A model generated the notes under the pieces. That model was not told the origin of the DNA. It ran no database searches and worked only from the letters and a program-made list of their open reading frames with translations. Of a DNA stretch of 64,000 bases, positions 1 to 10,661 are shown piece by piece (the first letter of the stretch is position 1; each line of letters begins with the position of its first letter). The stretch covers positions 3,596,001 to 3,660,000 of the forward strand of contig JAYWIR010000017.1 of NCBI GenBank assembly GCA_036172245.1. The letters run 5' to 3'. The translations under genes were made by a program, and so were the position numbers. Origin of the DNA: Raillietiella orientalis. Its lineage: Eukaryota.

Positions 1-89
1 TGAGCGTATCGTTTCATTATGGTGACTCCAATGTTTTATAAGTAAAATACAAAAAAGGTGTCTTACATCATCTAATCACGATGACAGGG

Positions 90-770
90 AATCACGTCAG
101 GGAATTTTTGAACAGCTTGTAGCCCTGACCGTCTGCTCAGCTTCCTCGTTGAAGAGGGTGTCGTGGATCAGGTCGCCGGGGTCGATCCCATCAGGAGGCC
201 CCTCACTTCATGGTCGCCTGCGGCGCACTCCTCGTCGTCACGGTCCTGAGGAACACTGTGCCCTCCTATGTGCTCGTCGGCTGACGACAGGCTGACTCTC
301 GACAGAGGAATGCCGTTGACGGTCACATCCTGAGACACCAAATCTGGGCATCGGAATCCGAACAGGAACACGCTTGTCCCTTGGACTGCTTGGTCGCCAT
401 CCAGGGTCAGGATGCTTTGGCCGAAGTCTTGCAAGCGGATGCCGTCGATGCCTCGCCGCACGTCGAGACCTCGGGCGAAATGCAGCGGGCTAACGAACGT
501 CTTCATCTCGTAGATCTTACTGTCCTCCGTCCGCTGGTCGTTGACCCACTCTGCTTCCAGGTCGAGCACCTGCACGTGGTTCCGAGGCGCGACCCGAGCA
601 TAGGCGAGCTTAGTCGGAGAGTCTGGGGCAGCATCTCTTCCAGTTTCAGACTGTTGAGCGGTCCCAGGACGGAGACAGGAAGGAGAAAGGGAGCATCGCC
701 CTGCGTGATGCCTGCGAACCTTCCGCGCTCAGGTCGACTTCCTGCCTCGAGGAAACGCGGCCGAACTGCT
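90..770 (-). pseudogene. Frameshifted coding fragment of a repetitive beta-strand protein, reminiscent of arthropod Closca/Nasrat/Polehole-like repeats
   Basis: Recurring motifs across shifting frames: PVSVLGPLNSLKLEEML, EMKTFVSPLHF..GIDGIRL, QAVQGTSVF..VTVNGIPL, DGIDPGDLIHDTLFNEEAEQTV.GYKLF. Several 1-nt indels are needed to connect them. Family assignment is from memory of the repeat pattern only. Confidence 0.35.
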
Positions 771-999
771 TTCTGTCCATGTGATCTAAGTTTTTAAACA
801 ACATTTGCAATAAAATTAATGATATTGAAAAAAAATCAGTGTACTCGGAGCAAGTGGATGTTTGTTTTCTTTTCTATGTTGAATAATTCGAGCATGACGT
901 CATTGGAACCGATCTATCCCATCATCGTTACATTGGAATCTCAAGCAAAGAGTTGTAAACTCGTAATAATTGTAATCCTCATACATTGCTATATGATGA

Positions 1000-1340
1000 G
1001 CCACATTCCAAATAAATTAAAATAAATAAACTTTCATTACTACATAAAAATAACTAATTAATCCAAACACTTTAAAATTTAAAATCTTCACCTCATTCTA
1101 ATTACCACTACTTCAAATGAAACCATTACTATAAGCCGCTCGTAATCCTTAAGAAACCAACATTAACTTGAAATAAATCTTATAATACCCCCAAACCACG
1201 CAACCCAATAATCTGTCGCTAAACATACTATCATAGCCAAATTCAACTACATTTCCTCAGACATAGCAATCATTTTATTTAACCCATCAACATCCAGTAT
1301 AAATATCAATTTCACTCTAATAAAACAAGACACGCATCAT
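1000..1340 (-). other. Degraded NUMT-like segment, nad1-like
   Basis: Strong A/C versus G strand skew typical of mtDNA. The minus strand at ~1105-1150 reads GLRAA..MVSFEVV, similar to ND1 GxLRAVAQTISYEV, with indels. Confidence 0.35.
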
Positions 1341-3300
1341 TAGTACTTCTAAAATATTCACTTAAATACACAAATATTTTTTAGAACTTTTAAATATCTG
1401 ATAACCCTGTTAATGACCATTGGCTAGGTAAGTACAAGATAGTGGCTCAATAAATTCTAGCTCTATACTATATCCATCCACAGCTTTATTAGCGATTTAT
1501 CCTTCAGTTGTAAAATACAGTCTGCTTTTTCTGGTAGTAAATGATTATTTGCTAGAATAAAGTATCCTCACTTAATCCTTCATCTTACTCCAAAAGGAAC
1601 TTTGGTGTGCGAGCGGATCGGTCCTCCACCCACCGTTCGTCCATCTCCTCTTCGACCCATCTCCGCCGGAAGGATGCACGAGGGAAGGATGAACAGTAAG
1701 AATACGCGCGCTTTCTCAGAACCTCCACGTGTCTCTTCATCCTCACTGTCTTCCCTCTCCTCACTGGACTCGTCGCTGCTCGAAGACGACCGAGGCGATC
1801 TCTAAGGTCTCGTGTGAAGCGAAAAAGAGTCGAGACGTTGCAGTGGACGTTGAAGTCGCGGCAGTGTCGCGTGCGCTATCTCTGACCGTTCGGTGCTTCG
1901 CACGCGGGAGCACGAGCACAACCGTCGAGAGATCGGTTTGCAGCTTCGGAGCATCTGTACAGAGGTACAGGGAAAGATGGGGCCCAGAAGACGAAAGAGT
2001 ATGGATCCTTACTCTCCTCGGCTCCCCCTTCTGTTCTGTGCCTTCGAAATCCAGACCTGGAGCGAATAAGGGACTCGCGAGAACTGATCACTCTGGCGGA
2101 TCGCACGTGCTTGCCCTGACCATCCGCAGAGGACGCTCGCAAGGTTCTACGAGATCCTTCTGGTCGGCGAAAGGGAGCTGGTCGTGGTCCGTTGGCTGTC
2201 ACACTGTGCTTCCTGTTCAGAACGGTAGCCTTCGTGGGTGGCCACCCTTTTCATCATGCAGGTCTCTCCGCTTTGGAGAGCTCGACGTCCTCTCGAGCGA
2301 AATGCTAATTCCGGCGTACCTTCGGTGTGCCGAGCTTTTCCTCCTCTCCGCATTCCTAGGGTCGAAATCTGCCCTGTTTGCGCAGCCTCCGGAGGGAATT
2401 CTGCTTCTTCGAAACTTAGAACGTGGGTTATTTGTCCATTCCTGCGTTCTTCTCACGCGTGATGTTGTCTCTCAACCTCTCACGATCAGTGTGTTCAAAT
2501 GAAGCAAAAGCTTATCCTTTGTTACCTTTGGAAAGTACTCCAAGGACTTCATCGTCCTTCTAAATAAGCTAGCAGCGTCTGAAGCAGTATGCAGTGCATC
2601 GTCGTTGAACTCGTTTCAAAAGCACGGAAGACGTTTCGATCGAGTAATCGGGAGGATCGTTCGAAATGCGAATTCCTTGTAGCTGGCTATTATAAAGAGA
2701 GAAAAAAGTGGTTCCTTGCAATAAGAGCAACATCCCTAACTTGCGCCTAAAATCGTGCATCCCCTAATCTCAACCATTGCTAGAAGAGGTTTGCCAGCAT
2801 CCATGCTTTGGGAGAAGCGAAGTCAGCTGATCGTTCCCAAATGAGGAGTACAGAGCGGAATCCTTAGATGTCGAACGGTTCGGTTTGCCCGATAACATGT
2901 TTGTAGAGAGAGAAGACGGCGCTTCTCTCTCTTTTCCAGCTTTGAAAAGATGATCGTTTGGAAAAAAGCGTTTTCCAAGAGATCGATTGCGGCACAGCGC
3001 CAAACCTTCCGCGCTGCAGATGTCTCCAGAGAGCACCTTGCAAAGAAGAGGTTTGTGAGGGTGGATGCTTACTAAAAAGAAGAGCGGACCCTCTGAAAAT
3101 ATCTGGAGAAGATTCGAGCTCAGCGAGTTTGCAGTGAATCCAGTGGGAAGCAGCGGACGCCAGAAGCAGGTGCACTGTGGTTGCTCCGTTTGCCTCTTGC
3201 ACACGGAAACTGTAGCATGTTTTGTAATTGTAAATCAAAGCAATGAAAACCGTGGCTTTCTGGAATTCCTCCTCTGCTCATCTGTGGCGCACGTCGCCCC

Positions 3301-4340
3301 TCAGTATGTCGCTTCTTCGGCTTTCTGTTCTTCGTCTAGCGATAGTTCACCTCTGGGGTTCACCGGCTGCATCTGTTTGTCGGACCTCCGTGTGACGTGG
3401 GCTACATAGTCTCTGGAGCAACGGATGCACGGAACCACCATTCGGTGCTTCATCGTCACCCAGTGCTTCTTCGAAATTCCAAAATCTTGCAGTACTTTTT
3501 CGTTACCTGGATCCCAAACTCCCAGTGTGCCCACGATGAAAGCATGCATCCTGCACTGTTTCCCCTCTCTGTCTAGCTAAAGGGCTACTTCCTTGTATTT
3601 TTCCTGTTTTCTCCTCCTAGCTGTGCTGAACGCCTCTCCTCCTCTCTTCCACCCTCCTTCGGGAAACAGACGTCCGGCACCACAAAACCTGTTTCCTTTT
3701 TTCATCACTAAATCTGGTTTTTAAGAGAGAGTTCGTTCCTGGAACTCTCTGGAGTACACTACCTGCAAATATTTAGTGACTCATCATTTGTGGCACTGGT
3801 GAAGGCTATCAGATTCACAGCGGTATCCGACCGCGGGAATGAAGCGGTGACCCCTCAGCATTTCAAGGTATCCGACCGAACTTTGATCCAATGTTCGGTT
3901 TTTGTTCTTGACAGTGCGAATTCTGATAGAAAAGAAACTCAATTACGATTTGCTCGGAATACTGGGCAAAGAATAAGAGAGATGGAAAAGCACAGTATAT
4001 ACACAACGCTTGAGATTTTGTCCACCCAACTGTCTTTTTTTGCTCCAATACTGCTATCTTGTACCACGAAAGCGTTAACATTCAGAAATTTCAATCTTAC
4101 TGTGGCTTTCCTTGTCAGGGAGTAATCACTATGGACGAAGAGCACGGTTGTTACAAGGAATTCAGAAGCACTATTGCTTCCATCTACTTAGGATTTGCAG
4201 GTTGGCGCAGAAATGCTCACCACATGACTCTTGGTTCCTCAAGATCATGAAACAGTGCCGAAGAAGTAACACCAAACCTTCAATGATTCGCCTGTGAAAG
4301 TTTCCTCGCACAGAGGGATGATTCCAAGTTTTCTAGCCAA
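3301..4340 (-). mobile_element. Degraded 3' part of an RLE-type non-LTR retrotransposon (NeSL/Utopia-like)
   Basis: KPDLVMKKG..DVC..EAFSTARRRKQEKY (PD-(D/E)xK restriction-like endonuclease), followed by AFIVGTLGVWDPGNEKVLQDFGI..SRDYVAHVT, the typical C-terminus of this clade. A frameshifted PD(Q)GK motif lies near 4110. Confidence 0.7.
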
Positions 4341-4689
4341 TTTACCCTTTAAACAAGAAATCATTTGTTAGAGAGTGCAACAGAACCCCTCTTGCTGTAA
4401 ACTGTGCAAGTGGAACACGAAAGCGATCTCCGTCTCAGAATCTTTCAACAGCCACCGGGAAGCGGAAGTCTGCTGTCTTCGCAGCATCCTCGCCCAAAAG
4501 AGAGCTCGCGCTCATTCGCTCTCCGACGGGTGACGGGAGGAACCAAAACTCTGCCAGGACGCCAGCACCGAATGGGTCCGATGTCATGCCGCGAGCTCAT
4601 GCCACGCGTAAGAATCCGTCACTCTGTGATCCAAACACACAACTGGCCCCTTCTGTTCCGATAACCACCTCTCTTCGCCATTCTACTGT

Positions 4690-5010
4690 ATCTCTGATTC
4701 ACCGATGCCCGGTCGAATTGACCACGGTCCTCTCTGCACCACCAATGACTTCGCTCCGCTGCTCGTAGGTTCGTTGGACCTTCGAAGTTCCACAAGGGCA
4801 ACGGAGTGGACACTGCAAACCTATTCGACATTGCGGGAGGCGGGGCAAATTTGCTCTTCTCCCTCCCCTTTTTTTCCTCCCCCTTATTGGAGAAGAAAGA
4901 AAACCATGGAAACCTTGCGAAATTCTATTTCGGAAACAAAATTTTGAGTGTGCATGAATTCTCAAGGCAGCCCCAGGTGCCCCGAAAATTACGGCGTTGC
5001 GCGGTATGGC
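4690..5010 (+). mobile_element. Degenerate Ty3/gypsy RT N-terminal fragment
   Basis: LREAGQICSSPSPFF..KK..TLR resembles gypsy L.AG.I.PS.SPFASP..KKDG.LR. Frameshifted. Confidence 0.35.
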
Positions 5011-6114
5011 GCTGTAACTCTTGAAGCACAGAATCGCCAAACTCATTGACCTCTTGAAGATTCTTTCGCTACGGGGAAAGGAAAGTCTGCCTTCGGACAA
5101 GCAACGAAGGGTGGAGAGGACCCTGGGATTAAAGAATAGGCTCAGCAGGGGATTGTGTCACTACGAGAACGTGGTAAGCCGACTGAAGCAGCAAAGAAAA
5201 AGCGCCGGATGCTCGCCAACCCTGGTTGCTGTCCAGGTTGACATCCGTCCACCGATGGATAGAGATCGCCTTTGGAGGTGAGAGCTCAGAGCCCAGGCGC
5301 AGCATGCCCGATCCGTGGACGTGTGTCGCGCGCAGCAACGAGGCTCGCGCACATGGGGGCCGCGTTGCGCCGCCGTACCTGAGACCCGCTTTTGCGCCTC
5401 AGGGATTCGTGGCCATTTTGCCGGTGATCGACAAGCAGCAGTGCTTGTCCTTCACCGTGCACCAGCTGATGACCCTCATCAGGGACATCTCGGACGTTGT
5501 GCTGGATATGGGTCTTGACGATGACGAAGGGACGAACAATGAGAACAACTGGGAAGGCCGGTAAGCACCGCTGAGCCGGTGCGCGCCACCGCACGCCGGC
5601 GGCGGCGGCGAGCGCTTTTCATTCCTAACGCATGTCTTTCTCACTCCTGAAGGGCAGCACTCTGATGGTCACAGAAGATGACTTGGTGACTGCAGTAAGG
5701 GAGGGCGAGGGAGGTGCGCAGAGTTGACTTTGGGCTTAAAGATCAGCGAGTCGTCGTGGGATGTGCAGGAGGAGATGGCGGGGGGCCGTCTCCCGACGCG
5801 CGTCCCCAACGACGCTCTCGTCGTTCCGACGGCGGCCAAGCAAGCCTTCGCCGCTCTCACCTTCTCGAATTGCCTCCTCGCCAGTTTGTGCATCCACCGC
5901 AATATGCTGTCCCGGTCCTGGAGGCCGTCCAGTTCGATCCAGGAGATCCCTTTGTCCTAAAAGGGGACGAACGCCGGACTCTCCGAAGGCCCAGCGACGA
6001 ATTTGCACGTCCCTGAGAGCTGTCCCTTTCACGTATCTCCAAGACACCGCGCGCCTTCTCCAGTCCCCGATGCTTATTCCCTGCATCCTCTGGCTGAGTG
6101 TCCCAAAAGCTGAC

Positions 6115-6800
6115 AAAAACTGAAGCCTCCTCTGCTGCTGCTGCTGCTTTCCGATCTTCGACAGCCTTCAGTCTGGCATTTTCCTCCAGGAGGCGACCGA
6201 TCAGAGTCGTATCCACGGCCAGAAGGCTCCCCAGAAACTTCTTCAAACTTCGGAAATCGCCGTCCAGGTTTTCTTGCATGCAGTAAGCCGTTTCCTCCTC
6301 GCCCTTAGAGGAAGCGCACGATCGACTGCAGCTCCTCGCTGACCCTTAAGTGCTGCAGTCGGGTTCGCTACCCGTCGATCCGCAGAGAAAACAGGGAGCT
6401 AATTTCCTGCCTCAGCCGTTCCAGGGGCCCCAGAACCGCTTCTGCCCGTCCTGCTCCTCTCTTCCAGAGCGCCCCTGAGCTGGCCGTTCACGCTCCCCAG
6501 CACGGCCAGCAGCACGTCCGGATTTTCTATCACCACTCGCCCGACCAGCCCCTTGACCTGGGCGGCATCCAGGTCGCACACGCTGTACGGAGCTAATGTG
6601 GTGCGTTCGACGGATATAAAATTACGACGTGTGAAAAAGGAAAAATTACCCTTTGCCATCAAAATACGAAATTTGAGCAAAAAGTTGGAACCATCTCATT
6701 TATTTTACTTATATGCTGATCGGGACTGCAATGTGCAAAATGTCCTTATTCATTTTTTTATCAAAACACTTTTGAAGTGCCAAGTAAACAAAAAATTCTT
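6115..6800. repeat. 686-bp near-identical direct duplication, copy 1 (copy 2 at 9976-10661); contains a frameshifted minus-strand coding-like exon
   Basis: Sequence matches at offset 3861. The only mismatch noticed is G6777 vs A10638. ORF translations are identical over the shared span (e.g. QENLDGDFRSLKKFLGSLL..RLLEENARLK). Confidence 0.95.
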
Positions 6801-6989
6801 AGAGAGATAAGAGATGGAGATTGGTGTGAAGGATGTTTCGTGGTGAATTTGTGGTTTGTTTATTGGGAGGGTAGTGAAAGATGGTAATCTAATATTAAGA
6901 TAGATTAGGAGAGAAATCGAGGAGGAGATGATTAGTGTGATTGCTAGAGTAGGGATTAATTCTAGGGTTATTCATTTTGAGAGGAATCC
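6801..6989 (-). other. NUMT, nad2 C-terminal fragment
   Basis: In the invertebrate mitochondrial code the minus strand reads GFLSKWMTLELIPTLAITLIISSSISLLIYL (ND2 GF.PKW motif with TGA=W), stop-free. Strong mtDNA-like skew. Confidence 0.75.
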
Positions 6990-9268
6990 TCAGTTCCAGA
7001 AAGCAAAATTGAAATTAATGGATCCCTCTTCCCTTTGACAAGTATGAGCTGTAGGATTGCTCGCAATTGACCCATGATGAACAGTCAGGCGATTTGATTT
7101 CCAGTCACTTGGGCCAAGGAAAACCTTGTTTGGAGTTAATTCAAAAGAAAGTAAATTAGGATTCCAGACCCAAAAGTTTCAAAAACTAGAGAAAAAAAAT
7201 TCCGCCATAATTCCACTTTTTTCTTGTTTTTACTGCCTTGACCTGTAATTATTTTTATTCTGCTGCGCAGGCAGCAATACAATTTATTTGTATTAACTGG
7301 AGTTTGTGTGATTGAGAGATATTAATTACATTGTTATCAAAGATGGCATAAGAAAAAAAATAGTTGCCATGGGAATAGGCATCAAAACAAATTTCGTACG
7401 TTAGAAGACGAGTGAACGGAAATTGGGCAGCAAACAGGAAGATTGGAAGCAGGCTTACCACTGGGTCAGCCACCTACGCATAGATTCAGAGCAGCTCCAG
7501 AAAATTAGAACTAAGAAAATCCAACTCGCCCAAAAAGGTACGGAGCACTTATGCTTTGAAGGGTTTTTTTTTTCTTTCATGGTTTCCTAAATCGAATTTG
7601 AAACATTCCCTGCTTCCACATGGGATTCTTTATAAACTAGCACCCGTTCAATTCTTGTCAATGCTCTTCTCAACTCTTTGGAAAAACGGGAAAATCAGAC
7701 TCGACTATGAACAGCAGTTTGCAGTTCCTTGAGAACCACAAGTTGAAACGGAAGAACACCGTCTCTCCGGTGTTGAGAATCGTGGCTGCCCAGATTTTGA
7801 GATCAGAATCCTTCGCGGCATACGCGAATACGTGCGCATAAATCGAGAAAGGAGCAAAGAGCACCAAGGAGAGGATGAATCTAGCTGGGGCCTCAGTACC
7901 ACTTTCCTCGGTATTGAGTTTCTGCGCTCAGATGGGAAATGGGTTCTACGACTCATTCTGAGAAATTAGACCACCCATTGCTTGCATAGGTGACTTTGGA
8001 AAATAGCACTGTAATTAAGCTGTTGCTACCCTCCCAAGTCGGAAATGTAGTGTCGAATCACAGAGGAGCACTTGGGAACCACTGGCAAGTACTTGATGAT
8101 AAAGGGCACACCTCAGTCATGGGTCTTCGCGTCTCAGCCGTGTCGTAAGAAAAGCCGTGTCGAATCCTAACGTAGTCCCAAGATCCAGGAACATTTGTCA
8201 TACTAAACCAGGGAAGGAGCGACCTAATTCTCCCAGTTCGTAACAGCATCCAAGATTAGTTTGTTCCGCATGAAAAATTCCTGGAAGAACAATAACAAAA
8301 GGCAATCGACTTGTAAAACGGCATCCAAGGATCCACAAAAGAAATGGTATGTTTTCGGAAAAGTGCACCCATGACATGGGATGAAGCGCAAAATTCTAAA
8401 AAGCGGTATCTTGGAAAGATCACTCTATCATTCATTACGTCGAAGTTCTTTACGAAGAATGTCGACAAAAATCAACACACAGGAGCGTCTTGTGGAAAAA
8501 ATAAAATGAAACAAAACCGTAGGTAATCATTGAGAGCAGAAGTAAAACGCTCTTTACTACCTTACTTTGGAATTGAAGTTTTGCAACTTCTTCTCCATCT
8601 TGAAGTTTAAATCAGAAGGACGTGAATTCCATAGGACTTTGGATCGGTTCTATGCAAGGCATTTGGTTTGGAAGTTGTTTCACTTTCAAGTAGGATGTTT
8701 TTCCGCCTTCCACCTTTGAAACGTTTCCGAAGGTAAAAAAAAAAAAAAACACCAGTCACGAAAATATGAAAGTTGTGCTGGAAAAATTAAGGTGAACGTA
8801 AAAGTCACACTGCCCCTTGATGACTATTGATGAAACATGTTAATTTGCTATGCGTATCAGGAATCGTCCCATTGGGGTATAGGAGAAAACCTTGAGATAA
8901 CCTTCTCCTCATCCCTGAGGCTATCTCGAGATTTCTAAGTTTCGTTTGCTGGCATTTCATTGATAAATGTTAAAAAGAACGGATGCCTTTTAGTTCCGAG
9001 GAATAATAAGGAATTTTTTTTTTTTTACTAGCACTAGAATCACCTCAAGAGGGAACCAGATTACCGACAATCTCCATTGAAATAATGCCCTACGACTAAG
9101 TCTCTATCAACAAAGATAAGGTATTGTAAATGCTGGTCAAAGTTCGATTCTAAAGTACAGAGCACTTAGCCACAAAGTCCAGTCCGGCAGCCAGTAAGTC
9201 AGGTGAGAGCTCCAAGTCAGTTCACCCTGACCATTCGAAAAGAACTCAACATTGTCATCTATGAACAA

Positions 9269-9889
9269 ATGAGCAGAACTTTCAACAAGACGATGTTACT
9301 TCTTGGTGGAGCCACGGTCCTTTTTCTGGGGTTCTTTGCCTGCAGAAATGAGGTAACCATTAAGGGCTTCAAAGATTTCTTCTGAAAGATAACAAATGTA
9401 AAAAGGAAATCACATTTTGTATGCAATCATTTAATTGCCTTTTTGTTGACTCTTCTTTTAAGGGAGGGAGCGTATGCAAACAAATGCTGCTGCTACTTCA
9501 AAACGCAAATGTGTTCTTTATTTCAGTTGCCTTTTTGGGGGGAATCTACTAAGAAAAGAAATAAACATCAAGGAAGTCCGAAATTCGTCATAGACCTGGA
9601 AATTGGATACACACCGAAGGGTGCCTACTCCAGAAAAACCGACGAGTTTGCTGTACATTCGTATGAAGACAAGAATGTGGAGCAACGGTGGTGTTCCCCA
9701 AATATCAGAATGCATTCCGTCCCATTAAGAAAACTGGAGTCTGTGATACAAACACTGCTAGCTGACAAAAAATCAATAGTGAGACTTTCGAAAGAAATAA
9801 AAGCTATTCAAGAGGAGATCAAACATTTGATGTTTCTGCATCAGTTTTCTGAAGCATGCGCAGGCATTTCATTTTTTGGAATGACCTAA
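9269..9889 (+). CDS. Putative two-exon gene (9269-9352, 9527-9889), 148 aa, with N-terminal hydrophobic anchor and C-terminal coiled coil
   Basis: The GAG|GTAACC donor and TTTCAG| acceptor are phase-compatible (phase 0). Protein: MSRTFNKTMLLLGGATVLFLGFFACRNE-LPFW..LESVIQTLL..LSKEIKAIQEEIKHL. AATAAA at 9901 just after the stop. Confidence 0.45.
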
Positions 9890-9975
9890 TGGTGCACCAT
9901 AATAAAGGTTACTTTTTTTCACGGTTCGGTCTTTCACTCCCACTGGCGCATTGGGACTGTGAAAGGAGCCACAGA

Positions 9976-10661
9976 AAAAACTGAAGCCTCCTCTGCTGCT
10001 GCTGCTGCTTTCCGATCTTCGACAGCCTTCAGTCTGGCATTTTCCTCCAGGAGGCGACCGATCAGAGTCGTATCCACGGCCAGAAGGCTCCCCAGAAACT
10101 TCTTCAAACTTCGGAAATCGCCGTCCAGGTTTTCTTGCATGCAGTAAGCCGTTTCCTCCTCGCCCTTAGAGGAAGCGCACGATCGACTGCAGCTCCTCGC
10201 TGACCCTTAAGTGCTGCAGTCGGGTTCGCTACCCGTCGATCCGCAGAGAAAACAGGGAGCTAATTTCCTGCCTCAGCCGTTCCAGGGGCCCCAGAACCGC
10301 TTCTGCCCGTCCTGCTCCTCTCTTCCAGAGCGCCCCTGAGCTGGCCGTTCACGCTCCCCAGCACGGCCAGCAGCACGTCCGGATTTTCTATCACCACTCG
10401 CCCGACCAGCCCCTTGACCTGGGCGGCATCCAGGTCGCACACGCTGTACGGAGCTAATGTGGTGCGTTCGACGGATATAAAATTACGACGTGTGAAAAAG
10501 GAAAAATTACCCTTTGCCATCAAAATACGAAATTTGAGCAAAAAGTTGGAACCATCTCATTTATTTTACTTATATGCTGATCGGGACTGCAATGTGCAAA
10601 ATGTCCTTATTCATTTTTTTATCAAAACACTTTTGAAATGCCAAGTAAACAAAAAATTCTT
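9976..10661. repeat. 686-bp direct duplication, copy 2
   Basis: Matches 6115-6800. Confidence 0.95.

Noticed and set aside
3822..3878. 12-bp direct repeat GGTATCCGACCG (and similarly AACCCACGACGCAT at ~37577/37617) as CRISPR-like repeats
   Set aside because: Only two units each, in eukaryotic TE-rich context with no cas genes; probably small duplications.
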